Below are positions 13,613-27,800 of a DNA stretch of 64,000 bases, piece after piece. Each line of letters opens with the position of its first letter. Position 1 is the first letter of the stretch. The position numbers were made by a program, and so were the translations under genes. The stretch is taken from the NCBI GenBank assembly GCA_012295275.1, contig CM022670.1, positions 35,898,001 through 35,962,000 of the forward strand, read 5' to 3'. Under the pieces are notes generated by a model. That model did no database searches, had not been told where the DNA came from, and saw only the letters and a program-made list of their open reading frames with translations. Origin of the DNA: Chrysomallon squamiferum. Its lineage: Eukaryota > Animalia > Mollusca.

Positions 13613-14136
13613 CTGGTGCTGGTAAGTGTTCTCGAAGTTATAAAGTGTACTTTTTATGATGTATTTACATTTCACGATTGAATCTGTGCTTTTCTTTAAT
13701 TTGTTTGATTTACTTAGCAGGGTTGAGAGCCATGAAACGACATTAATTTAAAGGAAAAGTTGTCATCGGCGTAAACAAAATATTAAAAAACACCACAACA
13801 AAAAACAAGTTTTCGCATAAATAACAATATTTGCCTGTTTTAATACGTTCGTCAGTACAATCTGAAACAATACGTGTAACTCACATAAACATAAAACTGG
13901 TATTTTAAACATCAAGGAATATTTTGATTACTTGTTTTCGAAAGTGAAACAAGAAACCATGAAAATGGTATAATTCATAAAGAATTGATGAAAAATAAGA
14001 TACCTTGATAATGAATAAAAATTATTTTCTAAAAATATTATGGATTGTAATGTATTTGGTTGAAATAGACACACCTTCTAATGTTTTTGGATTTGATTCC
14101 TCCATTTTAGTATGGGACATTAACTAATTTATAATA

Positions 14137-14190
<54 letters not shown>

Positions 14191-17100
14191 CATTATTATT
14201 CACATAATGAATTTTCTGGGTGTATGATTGAGATCTGTTGCATTTTTACAGAATTATGCAAATTTTACTACTTTGAACTAGCTGTAATTATGCAAACAAA
14301 AGAAAAGCATATTATTCTAAATTATTTTTAGAATAAATTTTAAGCATTAATCAATTGGATATTCATAAATTTTTCTCAGTTTTAATCTATGTAGTTACTT
14401 TGCAGTCAAAAATGAATATGCAAAAGTAAATTTAAATTACTAAAGAAAACTAATTTCATTTTTAATGTTTGTGTTCATTATGTAAACTTATAAATTACAT
14501 TTCATGTGTGTACTTGTAATGTAAATATCACATAGCTAGAGAGAGTTGTACATTGGTTTTGAATAGATATTGTAAACATGTTTACATATTTTTAATATTA
14601 TGGTTTTACAACAAAGATATATAAATATGTACATGGGCATGTAAAAAAGTTTAATTGGGAGTTTGCTATGTTGAAGCACAATTAATTTTTAAATAATTAC
14701 ACAGAATAATTACAATGAATAGTATTGAAAATCATTATTCTCTCTTCCTCATTTTGAAAACTTTAATTCTTCTTTTTGTTGCAGATTCTTCTACAAATCG
14801 TGATGAAGAAAATGATGATGGATGTGTTAATAATTCTTCAAAGGTTTGTTGTTGGTTTAATGTGAAGTAAAATGAATTGCTATAAGTAATAATAATAAAC
14901 ACCTTATTTGTGTTATTAAAACAAATCATCTTGCATAACATTCTTTTTGCTAAATGAAAACAATTTCTACTATAACAAATGTTTTGTACAGTATTCAAAA
15001 ACATGCTATAATTATGATTATCTAAAGACATGTTTATTTCCTGTTTAATGTATTATACTGTGTGTAAATATTTTCTATTACATAAATATTTACATTTTAA
15101 ATTTATTAGGTATCCACGACATCAGAAGATACCCAAGCTGCCACAGGTACATATTTTTCTTTTAAACTGTTTAGTGCTGTGAAAATAATTAAGTATTTAA
15201 AGAATTTCTGCAGTTAATATTAAATACTTTTTAATGTATTTTTAAACAAGTATTTGGATAACACCCAAACAATTTGAAATGTAAATAATCTTAGTTCTGT
15301 AAATAGATAAGTATGACCAAATACTGCTAAAGTTTATAGGAAACCAAAATATTTTTTACTTTTCACTAGAAATTTCTGTATTTGAATTAAAAATAAGGTC
15401 TTAAGATGTGATCCTGTAGAAAGTATCAAACATTTATAGAAAAGAAGTGGATATTATTAACTATATAATTTATATATTCATATTAAACCATACATTTTCA
15501 TAAATTGAATATCAAATTTAATAAATTATGTGATGTAAAGTCACATTCTTTATAAAAAGTAGATTGAAAAAAACACCTAGTTACTAGCAATAATCATTAC
15601 TCTTTATAGACCAGCAAACTTCAGCTTTAAATTCCACTGTTTCTACTGGTACTTCCCCATCTTCCACAAGTTCAGACAATCAACAGAGAAATGAAAATTC
15701 TGTTATTCAGCCATCCAAACTGGGATCTCAGTTGCGTCCAGGATTCACAGGTAAAATAAAATGTTTGCAGTTAAATATGTTTTTACTCTTTTCTATTTCT
15801 TAAATGAAAGTCATTTCTAAAGAAATTTTTGAATAAAAGTTTGAAGAACGCTAATCTTCTGTATTTAAAATCTTTAAAAGATTTTTTTTAGTTAAAAAAA
15901 ATGGTAGATATCCTGATATATTTTAATATAATTAAAGTTGTAAGATTATTTATTTCATTTAACTTATAATCCTCTCTATATAATTTTAAGCAAGAAAATT
16001 ATCAGAAAAATATAAATTAAAGTAATTAATGATTCAGAGTAAAGTTAGTTTGTCAGCTGAGAAAAAAGCTAAATATATCTAATGCATAGGTTGAGGGATA
16101 ACATGCTTTTTTAATAATATTATGCTTGAAGCTTATTTATAAGTTGTCTTTTCTGACAAACAAAATAGCTAGGCTGTTTGACTGAACCAAAACTATTTTC
16201 TTTGATCTGTTGACTACAAAGATTTGGTTTACTGTCTACCACTTATTAAAAAAAAAACAAATGGAAGCTATTGGTCAGTTTATTTGTTTGTAGAAGTATA
16301 ATGAATACAGCATTTTGTGAAATTGAAATGAAATCCATTGAAGTTAATTTCAGTCTTTAAAAGTACATTTGTACCTGCTTGCACTAAAGATAGTTAGGTT
16401 GTTAATTAATCTGTTACTGGTTGATCACCTGAGTTTCGTGTAATTTAGTATGGGTTTACTTAAGAGATGTAAAAAAACATTAGTTAGCAAAGAAAATGAG
16501 ATGAATCAAAGTGAAAGAAGACAATCAAAAAAAGTTTTCACTGTTAAAATATTGATAGGGTATATTGAAAAGCTGAGGAATATAAATAAATTTGTTTATA
16601 TGGTTTATCAAATAATAATACACTTTTTCAAATGTTAATATATCATTTATATGTATATTTCACAATGTATATTTGGATAACTGAACATTTAGATGATTGT
16701 ATTTTGTCACAAAATTTATAGGCATTTCATTTTTTAAGTTGTTTTTGTTATTGTTAAGTTAGGACATCAGCTGATAATGAAGACAAATTATAGTTAAATC
16801 TTTAAAGTATCAGTATCTGAACTTTTAACTTTAAATATTGCCAAAAAATGTCTTATTTATAAAGCAGGAGAAATCCATGTTTTGTTTTATGTATTTTATG
16901 CATATGTAGAATTTCATTCATTTATTTCAAAAGTAAATTGCCTTAGATTGAAAAAACAAAGAAAATTTGTCTTTTTTCAGCTTTTGGTGGTACAGGAAGT
17001 AATTCAGGTTTGTAGTTGGGTAATTTGTAAGTGATTGAGAAATAAAATAAAAGTTATGTTGTAAACCTTTTCAATGTCTGAAAATTGTTTGAGGTGACAT

Positions 17101-20100
17101 ATAAATAATATCAAAATTCAGAAAACGTTTAATAAATAATACTCTGATTACTAAATGCTCTATTTTTCTCTTTGTAATTAATTTTATTATAAAAATGTAT
17201 TTTATTGCTGTTTTTTTTGTTTGTTTTTTTTGTTTTTCCTTATGTCTTTTTACATCAGTTTACTACAAACATTTGCATATTGTTTTAGAATAACAGTTAT
17301 TAATTACCCAACTTCTAGGTTGTAATTTTTAAAATACGTTTAATACTTTGTGTTTAATAATCTCTTTGTTTCTTGTTTCACAGGTACTTTTTCTAGTAAT
17401 CCATTTGGTCTTCAGCCAACATTAAAAAATGATGTTGTGTCTACAGCAAACCAGCATCCTCAAGTTTCTGAAGGTTTGTTAATTTATATACAAAATACAT
17501 AAAAAAAACCATGGTCAGTATATAATACGTGTATGTATATAATAACCAGAGTTTTTTTTAACATACTTTCAAATGCATTAACTAGAATTAAATAACTTTC
17601 TTCTGGAAAATGAATAAGTATGTATAGAAAATTTCTTTAATTTTGTAATTATTTTTCTAAAAGTTTTACTTTAAATTTAAAGGGGAGTTCCATGGAAATT
17701 CATTTTTATACTTCAGTAAAGTTTATTAATTTTTATTTTTGTATATTAATTTCAGGTTCTGGATTGATAGCACCCAGCAGATTTTCTGCCAATCCCTTTT
17801 TATCACAACAGCCAGACAGTCGCGTGTCATCACAGAGTGATCCCGATTCTGACCACTGTAGTAAGTACTCTGCTGTTATCTTACAATTATAGTTACTGGT
17901 ATTGTGATTAGCTGAGTGGCAGTACTTCAATTAAAACATCAACTAATAACAGTAAACCTTTGGTATTACTTTAAAAATTTTTTTTTAATGAGATATGTTA
18001 CGGTTTTATTCAGATATATTTATGTTTGGAAATTGCATATAAAAGTTTTTTGTTATTGCTTTGAATATAGAGAAAAGAATTAGATGTTTGTATTCAAAGT
18101 AACAATTTTGTAATAATTTCTGTTAAATGTTTATATTTTTTCTACACTATAAATTAAATAAAATCTCTACTTCATGCATTCACTCTTTCTGTTTTTGGTC
18201 AAAACACTTCCAGTCTGTTACACAATTGTAATAATTTATGAATGGCTGCCAATATGATTGATCTATCTTGAAATTAACAAATTTAAATAGTTTAATTTCA
18301 AAAATTTATTTTTGGTTCAGAGTATAATTATGTTCAAGTGTTTTAATTTACTGATAAACTTCTTTGATTCTAAAGGTGGAAAAGATGATGGAAAAGTGAA
18401 ATTTTTATTTCGCCCATCAAGATTAGCTGATCAAGTGGAGGCTTTGAAAAAAAATGGTACTGTTTGAACTTTTCTTTTTTATAAATTAGAATAAATTATG
18501 GAGATTTAATTTTATTAGTGCTAAAATCTTTGAAGATGTTAACAGATATAAAATACAAATATTAAAAACAGCCACAGATAATATAATTAACCAAAAATCA
18601 TTTGGGAGAATTAGTTGCTAAATTTGTTTATTATCATTTATTGTTCTGTTGAAATTGGGTCCTACCTTGGCCCAGAATGTTATTTTTATTTTTTGGTTAT
18701 TATTTGTTCTTTTTTGTTCATCCTTGAATTTAAAAGTATCACAAAGAATCTTTCATTTAAACAATAAAAAGTATAATAATATTTTTATTTGTTACCAATA
18801 GAACATTAGATGTTAATCGTACATTTTATTATTTTATTTATTTTCGTTTATTATTTATGGTATTTTTTTAACATTTCAGCACCACTTTTTCATATGCATG
18901 TATTTGTAATCTTGTGTTACAGTATTCTTTTTTTCTTTATTCCTCAGAAGCAAGCTCAGCATCTGGTGCTGCTCCATCAATACTTCGACCTGCAACACTT
19001 CCTGACCCCGCCACCTTTCAGAACAAGGTAAATATTATTTTAAACATTACCTTTGACTTACATTTATAACAACATAAATATTGCATTCACTTAAATTCTT
19101 CACAAGTTCTTAATTAAGCTGCACGATTAGTTTAATGTCGTAAAAAATATCTTATTTAAATATATGATTTTCATAACCACTTTATTTAAACACATGATTT
19201 TGTTAATATATATTATTATTAGCATGAAAATATTTTTATGTTGAGCTGTATGTAGATTATAACTGTGTATACAAATATTTTTATAATGAGCTATTATATA
19301 AATTTTAACTGTATAAAAAATATACTATTTAAATATGTTAAATTCTTAACCACCATGTTTTATTTTTTTTAATATGATGTTCTTAACCACTGTGCTTTTA
19401 TTGATTTGCTGTGTTATTTTGTGACAAAGTCAACAACTCTACTGAACAATCAGTAAGTAAGAATGAAACTAATGGCGAGGCTGCATCGAATGCTTCGAGT
19501 ACAGAAGAAATAGGAGAAGTGAGCTCGTCCATTCATTCAGACGGCAACAGACTGACCAGATTAGCTGAAGCTTCACCTCGAACAGACAAAGTCGTAGCCA
19601 ATGGATACAGCAGGTTTGTTTCCTCCTCTCTCTTTCTCTCACTCACTCTGTCTCTTTCTTTCTACCTCTCTTTCATACACACACAAAGACATAGTTTATC
19701 ATAAACATGTAGCATTCATATTGAAAGCAAATGTTAAATTAAGGTGCACATCATATATATCATATATTTTTCAGAGCAGAGCTTTGCCATTTGTATACAA
19801 AAATCATTGCTATGTGTAAAAATGAAGTATAACCTGACTGTTTATAAAAATTGACTGGAGAAAGGACATTATGTATACAAAATAAAGATTGAATTAATTG
19901 ATGTATGATTTTTTGTGAATATCATTTTAAATTTTGTGTAAATTTGCATTTAAATTTTTAATTTATTGTAATTTGTTTACAGCCAAGTGGATTCTACATG
20001 TCAAGGGGCAACTTCAAATAATGATAATATATTCTGCCAGAGTTTGACAAATCGGGTGACGGTAGGTGTTTGGTTTTCTAATGACTGTGTTATAAAGTTA

Positions 20101-20198
20101 ATGTCAACAATAAATATATAGATAGATATATATCTAGTTAGTGTGAGGTTTTCTAATGATTGTCTTATAAAGTTAATGTCAACAATAAATATATAGAT

Positions 20199-20245
<47 letters not shown>

Positions 20246-21435
20246 TAAAAAATATGTGGGTATGTGTGCATACATATATATACACACACACACACACATA
20301 CATAGATACACAGAGTTGTAGATATACAGATAGATATGTACATATATAGAGACATTCTGAAAATTTTGTTATTACTTAATTGAATATATATGTATGCATA
20401 TAAAATAGTTACATATGTCTGTTCTTTGTTTGTTTTTTAACCAGTTACTTACCACTAAACTAATGTCAATTATGAGACAAAATATATATTTTTTTTAAAA
20501 TGAGACTTTAGTTCCTATAACATTTTTAATAATTTTAATAAATAAGAATTATTTCACATAAAATAAAATAAAATAAAATTAAGGTGAACTGAATAGGATA
20601 ATAATGTGACTGAGGATTATTTTTTTTTTTTCTTCAGAGTTTTGCTGCCACTCAGTTGACTAGTAATGACACTGGAGCGGGGGCAAGGGGATTTACCTTT
20701 GGTCAAAATTTGACTGACCGAGTTGTTCTATCACATTCGTCAGTGGAAGATGCAGAGAAGAATAGTGACGGTGATGACCGGGACTCTTCAGGTAAAGTGA
20801 ACTGTTATTATAAACAACACACAAATGAAGCTGTTAGGTGTATTTTGTATGACAAAAATGTTCATTTTGTTTATAGACCAGGAACAATAATCCATGTTTT
20901 GTTTTGTGTATTTTATACATATATAGAGCATTTTTATTTATTTTTATTTCAAAAATAAATTGTCATAGATATTTATTTAAAGAATGAAAGGTTGGGAAAT
21001 AATTTTTATATGTTGATGATTAGTTATCATTGAAGATGAAGCACAATTTTATTTTTTTATTAGTGAATACACTATTCACCAAATCCTAAAATATCCTACA
21101 GTTATATATATATATATATATATATATATAGATATATGTGAAATGATAGAGAATTGCATAATTATATACTTTTCAAGAGACATATGGAATTAATTTTAAA
21201 AAGAGAGATTATAAAAATGTTTTGAGTTGTTTGTGAATGATGCTTGAATATTACAATTAATAATAGTTTAAAAAGGATGTAGTATCTTTGTTAATAATGT
21301 TTGGATACAACAGATGTTTTGAATTGTTCAAAATGGACAAAGTATATTTGTGAATGAGATTTGAGTATTATATTGTTTTAAATGGATTTATGACTGAGGA
21401 TTGGTTTTCATAATCATTAAGAGTTTTAAATTAGA

Positions 21436-21467
<32 letters not shown>

Positions 21468-24400
21468 CATGTGTGTGTGTGTGTGTGTGTGTGTCTGTCT
21501 GTCTGTCTGTGAATGATGTTTGAATATTACAAATGTTAAGAATTATTTTCAGATGCTGAAAACACAAACAGAACTCTGGAAGAGTCTGCCAGGGAGTACC
21601 AGGCAAAACATGGCATTAAACCTGATCTGAAAGAAGTTGAAATTGTCACTGGGGAAGAGGAGGAATCAAATGTTCTCCAGGTTTAAGAAATTATTAATTT
21701 AAAGGCAAAATTGTTTTGATTAGTTATATTTATTCTGAATGTCATTTGATTTTTTGCATTAATTTTGGACATTTGTAAGAAATAAAAATATCTCATTTTT
21801 ATCCATTAACAATAAATATTTAAAATTTACTCTTTTGATGTTGTTAATAAATATACCACATTTGGAAGATTTTAAAAACATACAAAGAGGGGAAACTTTT
21901 TTATTTAGAATTATTTGTGAAATATTATGTAGATTTGAGAATATTTTATTTACAATCTTTTAGAAAATTTAAAATTCCAAATTCAGTTTTCTTCAAAATG
22001 CACTACTAATACGATTGATGTAACATGTAATGTTATTTAAATATAATTTTTTTTTTTTAATTTTTCAGGTGTGTTGTAAATTATTTTTGTTTGATGGTGA
22101 CAAACAAGTGTGGGTGGAGAAAGGTCGGGGAACTCTCAGATTGAATGACACTTCACCCGATGACACCTCAGAAGCTTTCAATTCTAGACTTAGTAAGTTC
22201 AGAACTGTTCATCAGTTACAAACAAAACCATTTTTTAAAAGTGAAACCAGATGCTGTAAGGGAATTGTTATGTCCTTAATTTTGTATATTTATGTTTATG
22301 CAAACAAGAAACATTATTCCGGTTATAAATAGTTTTTATTTTACATTACAATCATCAGTTCAAAGGGCAGCTTTTGCATAATGTATATAAAATGAATACT
22401 CATTATTTCTTTTATATTTGGTTTTTATTTTAAATTTCAGTCATGAGGACAAAGGACAGTCACTGATTCTTTTAAAATTAGATTTTGTTTTAAATTACAG
22501 TCATGAGAACACAAGGCAGTCTTTGTTTAATGTAGATAAAACAAAGAAACAGTCATTTATTCTTTTATATTTGTTTTAAAAAAAAATTACAGTCATAAGG
22601 ACAAAGGACAGTTTTTTGTCTAATATAAGTCACTGATTGTTTTATAATTAGTTTTTGTTTCACATTACAGTCATGAGAACACAGGGCAGTCTTCGTCTAA
22701 TACTCAACACAAAGATCTGGCCTGGGATGACTGTGGAACGAGCTAGTCAGAAGAGTGTTCGAATCACGGCAACGGATGGTGCTGATGGAATTAGAGTTTT
22801 CTTAATAACAGTAAGCACATACTTGAGATATACACTGATTTGTAGTTTAGAACAGTAACGCTTTTTTAATATTGTTTGTTTTTGAAGAATTGTGGTGAAA
22901 ATGAATGCTTGTTTTATCTATCTGTAATGAGAAGAAGAGTTCAAGTGTGTGTGAAATGTTAAGATGAAATTTTATTTACTGAAAAGAAACTGGTGTATTG
23001 TGTTAAATAATTACTGATAATAGCTGCATTTGTGTTCCAGTCCAATCCTAAAGATAGTGAAACTATTTTGCGTGCAATTGATTGGCGGATACAGCAGTTA
23101 AAGTTAGCAGAAGAAAAAGAACAATTTGCAAAAGAAGAAAGAGTTTCTGAGAAGAGAAAAGCTGAGTCTACAGAAGGCGAATCACCAAAGAAAAAACAGT
23201 GAGTTTTTTTTTTTTTTACAAACTTCGGTTGTGTTTTTCTTTGGGTTTTTCTTTCTTTCTTCATTGGCTCTGACAGTGAAAAGATAATGTGAAAGCTGAA
23301 ACCACTGGGTAACTGACGAGGTGGCAAAAATCAAATTAGCTTGAAAGTCAAATATGTCTAAGACTGATATCTTCTTTTTTTGTTTTGTATGTTTTAAAAT
23401 AACAGTTTCTTGGAGTGAAGGTTATAAATTGAAATTGAGTTTTACTGGATCTTTTTAAGGTATTGTTTTATCGTATAGTGAATGATATACCCATGCACTC
23501 AAACACACACACATGCATATGTGTGTTTATTACATCCAATTAAATTAACAATTTCTTTAGATTTATTGTGTTATAGCACTCATTTATTGAGGGTTTTATT
23601 TTTTGTTATTATTATTATTTATTTATTTATTTATTTATTTTAAATTTTTTTGTCACAGAAAAATATCCCTGCAGGCTGAAGGCGTGACCCCAGCTGTGCG
23701 ACGTGAAGAATCTGATAGCAGTGTTCAAGACCCTGAAACAGAAGGTCAGTCTTGACACACCGGACTGGCCAGATGCTGTCTCTTACACATTGAAACAGCT
23801 GAATGTAAAATAACAACTTAAACAAAAAAAAACAAAAAACAAAAACAAGTTAAACGAAAATGAGAGAAAGTTACTTTAATTCGTGCAATGTGATTCCTGG
23901 TGACTTTAAGTTGACGTTCTTTTTTTATATATATATATTTTTTTTTTTTTTTTTTGACATCTTAGTTGTAAAATGATCTGAGTACAGGAGTTGAAGGCAA
24001 CTTTGTTTATTACTTCTCACTGTGGACTTACGATGTGTTAGGAAATAAATTGTTTGTGCTCTAATCAAGCAGTGAAAATTACATTAGTTACGGCTTATAC
24101 AAATACAGTTTTCCGTTTATGTTTTTTTTTTTTTTTTTTTTTTTTTTTGGACAATAAAACTTTCATACAAACTTAATTTTAATTTATCTTAATTTTTTTT
24201 TTCCTTCCTTATGATTTCACAAATCCTTGCTTTTACATAAACATATGAAGATCTTCATGATCTTAATATTTTTTCTTTTCTTTATTCTAATAAATATTAT
24301 ATGTTTGTTTTTTTCTTTATTCTAATTATTAAAATAATTAAATATGAATAACTAAACTAAAATATTTTTTTATTTGATTAATCTTGTATGCATTATCTAA

Positions 24401-24834
24401 ACACTTTATATTTTGGCATTATTGAATTCTAAACTAATTAATATTTTATGTCATTCAGTTAGCTTCAAATATATTTTCAAATGTATACTTTGAGCAAAAC
24501 TTTGATAGGCTACATATAGATTATTTACTCAAATTAATGCATTTATAATTACATAGTCTTTCCTTACATTTTTGTAACAGAAAAATTCAGAATTTTCTAT
24601 TTCATTAACAATAAAACTGCTTTAAAACATATTTTTTCTCCCTTATTCCGAATTTTTAACAACCTGCATTACATAAAAATTTTAATTTACATTTCAAAGG
24701 TAATCATTGTCATTTTTTGTATTTTTAAGCATTTTGGTATGAGGATATCATATGAAAGTAAACTTGTTTTTCTGTTTTCAGCATCCTGTGAAAGTTTTTC
24801 ATCCTCGTTTACCGTAAAGTCGGAATCAGACTGA
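13603..24834 (+). CDS. RANBP3: Ran-binding protein 3. Exons 13603-13621, 14785-14843, 15110-15146, 15610-15750, 16981-17007, 17384-17473, 17756-17860, 18376-18456, 18948-19027, 19430-19613, 19983-20061, 20638-20791, 21553-21680, 22069-22192, 22671-22810, 23041-23198, 23659-23744, 24782-24834
   Basis: FTFGQNLTDRV (FxFG) motif; TLEESAREY; RanBD1 domain (VEIVTGEEEESNVLQVCCKLFLFD..WVEKGRGTLRLND..SRLIMRTQGSLRLILNTKIW..ASQKSVRITA). GT-AG junction phases agree except exon 9/10, which is one base short. Confidence 0.93.
20071..20206. repeat. ~60-bp direct duplication in a RANBP3 intron
   Basis: GGTTTTCTAATGA(C/T)TGT(G/C)TTATAAAGTTAATGTCAACAATAAATATATAGATAG at ~20071 and ~20147. Confidence 0.9.
22341..22700 (+). 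repeat. Imperfect tandem duplications of the RANBP3 intron 14/exon 15 junction
   Basis: ttacag|TCATGAGAACACA(A/G)GGCAGTCTT at 22495 and 22665. Variants tttcag|TCATGAGGACAAAGGACAG at 22435, ttacag|TCATAAGGACAAAGGACAG at 22587, and a decayed copy at ~22346. Confidence 0.85.
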
Positions 24835-27800
24835 TAATAACAATGTTGTTGTTCATGTCATGTTTGGGATTATTGTCATACACCATCATCATTGTTTGTA
24901 CAGACTCTAAACCACGCTGGTGGCGAGGAGACGAATCATCACTTTGTTCAGTTAGCAACAGCTACAATCATGACTTGTTCTTTATGATTTCTTCATTGGC
25001 TTTGGTCACAACAGATAATTTTCATGCGATACTTTGAGTATCTGAGTGAAGATATGAAATATGTACAGTACAATGATTTTTTTTTTAATTTTTTTTTCTC
25101 TCCCACATATTTAGAAACTGACCAAGAAAACCTCTCACTCTCTCTCTCTTCTGAAGTGCTTTAAAATATTTCAAAAACTTGTGTTATCATCATTATAAAT
25201 GCTATCATTAACTTGTAACTTCATCTGTTTTCTCATTAAAAAGAAATATTAGGCTTCTTTTTTTTTTTTTTTTTTTTTTTATAGTTAACAAAAATATTGA
25301 AGTTAAATATGCCACCAGTGTGAGCTTTTATGTTAAAAGAAATTTCACTTTTTTATTTTTTTATTTTTATTTTTTTGTTATCTCTGTGGTTGTTTTGACA
25401 GCATTTTCCAGTATTGTTAAGTTTGATTGGACTGTCCTGCATCTTTAGTTAAATTATTTTCAACATAACCGTTTGTTTATCAGATGGGTTTTCTGAGAGT
25501 TATTTTTCTTGTACCACACAATTAAAGGTGCACATCTGTTTTGCATTTAAGTGTAATTATGTAAAAATATTCACTCACAACACTTTGTTGTAATTTTATG
25601 GTCAGCCTGTATCAAACTGTAAAGATCAATTCAGTTATATTTATTTACATATTAAGTCATGGACATACTTTTTTTTTCTTTTTTTTTTTTCTTTACATTA
25701 TTTCATCTATATGTGGCATTCTTTTTATTTGGTGTGTGAATTTATCATTTAACATAAGTGCTTGGAAAACGTTTTACCTCACTTTTTTTATTTTACTATT
25801 ATAAACCTTGAAGAAAACAACAACCTAGACTTGTGGAATATAATAATTAAAATTAAGCTTTTATTAATTATAAATATATGTCATGTACTTAGCTTGTTCC
25901 ATAAAATAAATTTGTACAATGATTAGATTAGTTTGATATAACTAACACGAAACAGCAGTGAATTAATAAAAGTATATATAAAAAAAAAAAAACAACAACA
26001 GAGGAATCAGTTTTAGATAAGTATAGGTCTTGTTTTTACCTGGTGAAAACTTCGAAAAATTAGACTGACACAAAGCAATATTGACTTAGAAAATTAGTTT
26101 CTTGTCACATCTCAGGTTGGTTTCCAGTTTGTAGGTCTTCACAGTAAACGTGTAAAGTCTTCAGACCATCACAGTTTAGTAGTAGTAAATGTTAACCTAT
26201 GTTTTGCTGCACCGAAGAACAAGTCAAAATGTTTCTGAAAGTTCTGAAAGCCAGACAGTTGTAAAAATTGCCTTCACAGTTCAAATATGAATTGTATGTT
26301 AAGTGATTATCCAAGACTAGATTGCTATTTCTGTCTCTTTTTGCATTCTGACTCAGTTTTCATTTTTTATTCGTGTTTTTTTTAAAATATATATATATGG
26401 CATGCTGGTCATGTTAATATTACACTGTTTAATACCTGTTGTAGCAGAATCATAATAATTTCAAAATTTGTAGAAAATATTCTTTTGGACTGTCGGTTTC
26501 AGTCGGTTAAATATTCAGTTATTCAGTTTTGAAGCAATGATAATTAAGGCGAATTATCTGTAACATAATTTGACAACTGTACTGGCCATTTATGGTGGGG
26601 GTTTTTTTCAGTGAAGTGGAGGGTATTGCTGGGTTGTGTTTTTTCTCTTTTTTTTTGTTAGAAAAATGTTTCCTGTTACAAATTTGATAAATGGACTTAC
26701 AGATTTGATGTCAGTAGCATTTAATGTACCCATCATGAAAAATACCACATCATCAGTGTGTTGGAATTTTTAGTGAAAGTAGATAAAATAACAAATTTCC
26801 TTCCCCAAATTATTAACATTAGAAAATGAAACTCATTAATTTTTTAAGATTTTGTTATTTGATTAGTTTTGTATTAAATTATTGTTGGCTTTTTCCTCGT
26901 TTATTTAATTTGCAGTCAGTGAGGTGAACTCAAAAATTTACTGAAGTGATTTTTAAATATGATTTTTAAGACTTCAAAAATTTATATTTGTTTCTTAAAA
27001 TTACAATAATCATTTGTTTCTGGGTTTTTTGTTTGTTTCTTTTTTTTTATAACCTTTTCATCTTTCACATTAACACGTTCTTCATTTTGTCGAAAGAAGT
27101 ATTTTTAAGTGAATAAATTAAACTTGTTTTAATCTTGTTGCTTTAACTTCCTCTTAGACATGTACACCAGTATGAAATATTGAAATAAAAAAAACTACTT
27201 CATGTATTTACATGTCTGTCACTGAATTCTGTTATTTTCTGTCTGATCATGGTATAAAAAAGAACAACATAATGACTTGTACATACGGCTCATGTTATTT
27301 CTGAATGTAATTCTGTAACCCTCGTGTTAAGGGTTTATTTAGCTGGTTGTCCAAACATTTGTGTTCATGGAAATTATGGAGATTTTTTGCAGTAATACGC
27401 AAAAATAAATATGTTGGGAGAAGGAAAGAAACTACGGGTGAATAAAAAGTCCCAGCAAATTTAAAGCAGAAATAAAAAAAATAAAAAAATAATAATAACA
27501 ATAAAAAAAAATAAAGAAATAAATAAAAAATGAATATTACTATATGCAACTATGGTCAAAGATTATTGATTTTTAAATGTGAAAATATTAATTTTGTAAA
27601 TTAAAATAATGTCAGCTTTAAAATTATTATTATTTTTTTGTTTAATAATAAAAATGTAACCAGATATAAATAATTTATAAGTTTATGGCAAATGATGGAG
27701 ATTTTATCAAATGATTTAATTATATTCATAAACTTTGAAAAAAGCAAATAATTATCACGAACCTTTCATATTAGTGGTGAATAAGCATTTATTTGTGTTT

